From Rhizobiales bacterium Ga0077548 (GTDB lineage Bacteria; Pseudomonadota; Alphaproteobacteria; Rhizobiales; Xanthobacteraceae), in NCBI GenBank assembly GCA_001464215.1, contig LNEZ01000024.1, positions 6,136-70,135 of the forward strand: a stretch of 64,000 nt of DNA, written 5' to 3'. The translations under genes were made by a program, and so were the position numbers. Shown here one piece after another: positions 62,011 to 64,000 of the stretch (the stretch's first letter is position 1; every line of letters begins with the position of its first letter). A model generated the notes under the pieces. The model made no database searches. It was not told the origin of the DNA and worked only from the letters and a program-made list of their open reading frames with translations.

Positions 62011-64000
62011 TTAGCTGCGAAGCGCGGACTGGATCGTCTGCCAGACTTTCAGCGGCGTTGCCGGCATATCGATATGCTTGATGCCGTAGCCTCGATGTAG
62101 CGCGTCGACCACCGCATTCATCACCGCCGGGCACGAACCGATCGCGCCCGCCTCGCCCGCACCCTTCACGCCGAGCGGATTCGTCGTGCAGGGCACGTTC
62201 TTGGTCTCGAACGAATAATCCGGCGTGTCGGTCGCGCGCGGGAGCGCATAATCCATCAGCGACGCGGAGATGAGCTGCCCGCTCGCGTCATAGACTGTGT
62301 CTTCCATGATCGCCTGGCCGATGCCCTGCCCGATGCCGCCGTGAACCTGTCCTTCAAGCAAAAGCGGATTGAGCGTCACGCCGAAGTCGTCAACCACGAC
62401 ATAGTTTTTGAATTCGATATGCCCTGTCTCCGGGTCGATCTCGATCTCGCAGATATGCGTGCCGTTTGGATAGGTCGGCGCAGGCGGAATGAAGTTCTTC
62501 TCGATGCCGCAAAGCTGGTCCGCGGAAACGCCGGGCTTCGCCGCAAGCTCGGCGAAGGAAAGTGCACGGTTGGTGCCGCGCACGCGCGCGAGCCCCTCTG
62601 CGATTTCCACTTCTTCGGGCTTCGCGTCGAGATGTTGCGCGGCGAGCGTCTTCAGGTTGTCCGCGAGCTTGATCGTCGCCTTCTGCACTGCCGAGCCGCC
62701 GGTCGGCATCGAGCGCGAACCGACGGTGCCGCCGCCGGTCGGAACGAGATCCGTGTCGCCGGTAATCACGTTGACCTTCTCCAGCGGCAGACCCAGTTGA
62801 TCGTGCACGAGTTGCGCGAATGTCGTGGCGTGGCCCTGCCCGTTGGTCTGCGTGCCGACAAGCACGGTAGCGGAGCCGTCCTTCTCGATGCGCACGGTGG
62901 AGGTTTCCGGCGCGGTCTGGCCGCAGGCTTCGATGTAACTTGCCATGCCGATGCCGCGGACTTTGCCGTTCTTCTTCGACTCGGCAAAGCGCGACGCAAA
63001 ATTCTTGTAGTTTGAAACTTCGAGCGCACGCGTCAGATGCTGATTGAAATCGCCGCTGTCGTAGATGCGCGCGGTTGCTGTCTTGTACGGCATCGCATCC
63101 TTCGGAATGAAATTCCGGCGGCGGATTTCTTCCGGTGCAATGCCGGTATTCAACGCCACCGCATCGACCAGGCGTTCAATCAGATAGGCGGCCTCGGGCC
63201 GGCCCGCGCCGCGATAGGCATCAACCGGCGCCGTATGCGTCCAGACCGCTCGTACGCGGCCATAAACAACCGGAATGTCGTAAACGCCGGTCATCATGCT
63301 CGCGCCGAGATAGGGAATGTAGGGCGCGACTTCGGAATAATAGGCGCCCATATTGGCGATGCAATCGAGCCGCATCGCAAGAAACTTGCCGTTATTGTCG
63401 ATCGCCATTTCGGCAACCGTGACGTGATCGCGGCCTTGATTGTCGCCGATGAAATGCTCGCTGCGGTCGGCGATCCACGCGACCGTTGCCTTGAGCTTCT
63501 CGGCGGCCAACGCCGCCAGTGCATATTCGCGATAGGCCGGCGCCTTGGTGCCGAAACCGCCGCCCACGTCATGGGTCAAGACGCGCAAACGCTTCGGGTC
63601 GAGTTTCATGATCCCGCACACGCTGTTGTGGATCATGTTTGCGCCCTGGCTCGACACCGTCATGGTGTAGCGATCGTCCGCGCCGTAAACGAGACGCTGA
63701 TTGACGATTTCGATCTTCACAGCTTTCGCCGCCGCGTCGAACGCTTGCTTCGCGGCCTCTGCATCGCCGATATCGGCGATATAAGCCTTGTTGTTCTCGC
63801 GGCCTGGCCACACCTGCGGCGCGCCGGGTTTCGACGCCTCCGCAGTGCCGGAAATTGCCGGCAACGGCTCCCACTCGACTTCGATGGCCTCTAGCGCGTT
63901 ACGGGCCGCGAGCACCGTATCGGCAACGACAAATGCAATCGCATCCCCGACATGGCGCACTTCTTTGGTGCAGAGCACTTCATAGGGCGGGATGAAGACG
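62011..64000 (-). CDS. xanthine dehydrogenase/aldehyde oxidase-family molybdopterin-binding subunit (N-terminus lies beyond window end)
   Basis: The reading frame stays open upstream of the listed GTG (..VFIPPYEVLCTKEVRHVGDAIAFVVADT..). DVGGGFG and later Mo-cofactor-binding regions are present. Confidence 0.85.
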   Translation of the reverse strand, partial: VFIPPYEVLCTKEVRHVGDAIAFVVADTVLAARNALEAIEVEWEPLPAISGTAEASKPGAPQVWPGRENNKAYIADIGDAEAAKQAFDAAAKAVKIEIVNQRLVYGADDRYTMTVSSQGANMIHNSVCGIMKLDPKRLRVLTHDVGGGFGTKAPAYREYALAALAAEKLKATVAWIADRSEHFIGDNQGRDHVTVAEMAIDNNGKFLAMRLDCIANMGAYYSEVAPYIPYLGASMMTGVYDIPVVYGRVRAVWTHTAPVDAYRGAGRPEAAYLIERLVDAVALNTGIAPEEIRRRNFIPKDAMPYKTATARIYDSGDFNQHLTRALEVSNYKNFASRFAESKKNGKVRGIGMASYIEACGQTAPETSTVRIEKDGSATVLVGTQTNGQGHATTFAQLVHDQLGLPLEKVNVITGDTDLVPTGGGTVGSRSMPTGGSAVQKATIKLADNLKTLAAQHLDAKPEEVEIAEGLARVRGTNRALSFAELAAKPGVSADQLCGIEKNFIPPAPTYPNGTHICEIEIDPETGHIEFKNYVVVDDFGVTLNPLLLEGQVHGGIGQGIGQAIMEDTVYDASGQLISASLMDYALPRATDTPDYSFETKNVPCTTNPLGVKGAGEAGAIGSCPAVMNAVVDALHRGYGIKHIDMPATPLKVWQTIQSALRS

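Overview
GC-rich (about 60% by eye, not computed) alphaproteobacterial chromosome segment. Protein sequences and gene order suggest a Nitrobacteraceae/Bradyrhizobiaceae-type genome (inference).

Positions 1-20,000: a Caulobacter / Bradyrhizobium-subpolar-type flagellar cluster, interrupted by a few non-flagellar genes. Order is motE-like, fliM, fliL | flgF flgG flgA flgH | dksA, fliX | flgI, rod-binding flgJ/cheL-like, flbY-like | two tandem flagellins | flbT flaF | flgL flgK flgE. Three sigma54-type -24/-12 promoters can be read directly (flgF, flgI, flgE). Each has the same dyad CGGCA-N5-TGCCG about 85-105 bp upstream, with an IHF-like site in between. TTAA-N7-TTAA(C) CtrA-type boxes sit at fliL, fliX and both flagellin genes.

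Positions 20-30 kb: a MoxR ATPase and a SixA-like phosphatase, then a visibly lower-GC stretch of very small genes (signal-peptide mini-proteins, cspA, Zn-ribbon mini-proteins). This stretch ends at a disrupted CoxE-type VWA gene.

Positions 30-64 kb: mixed housekeeping and accessory genes.
- Regulators and signalling: YciI + ECF42-like sigma factor, AraC/VOC pair, Hpt protein, orphan CheZ-like protein, stand-alone Lrp/AsnC RAM protein.
- DNA and redox: LexA-box-preceded Y-family polymerase, ferredoxin-NADP reductase, 2Fe-2S ferredoxin, partial molybdopterin oxidoreductase.
- Envelope and transport: Mla-like ABC system, MFS, LysE, HupE, DMT, frameshifted OMP, GT4 + LpxH-like pair, a >1100-aa membrane-anchored coiled-coil gene with a frameshift.
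- Other: CelD-like GNAT, dipeptide epimerase, tandem DUF4189 genes, threonine dehydratase, FAH-family hydrolase, thiD.

No rRNA, tRNA, CRISPR array, transposase or integrase was recognised, and nothing resembles a known defence island. The most interesting items are the cis-regulatory architecture of the flagellar regulon, the mini-protein region, the orphan CheZ-like gene, the giant coiled-coil gene and several gene lesions (VWA, coiled-coil, OMP).
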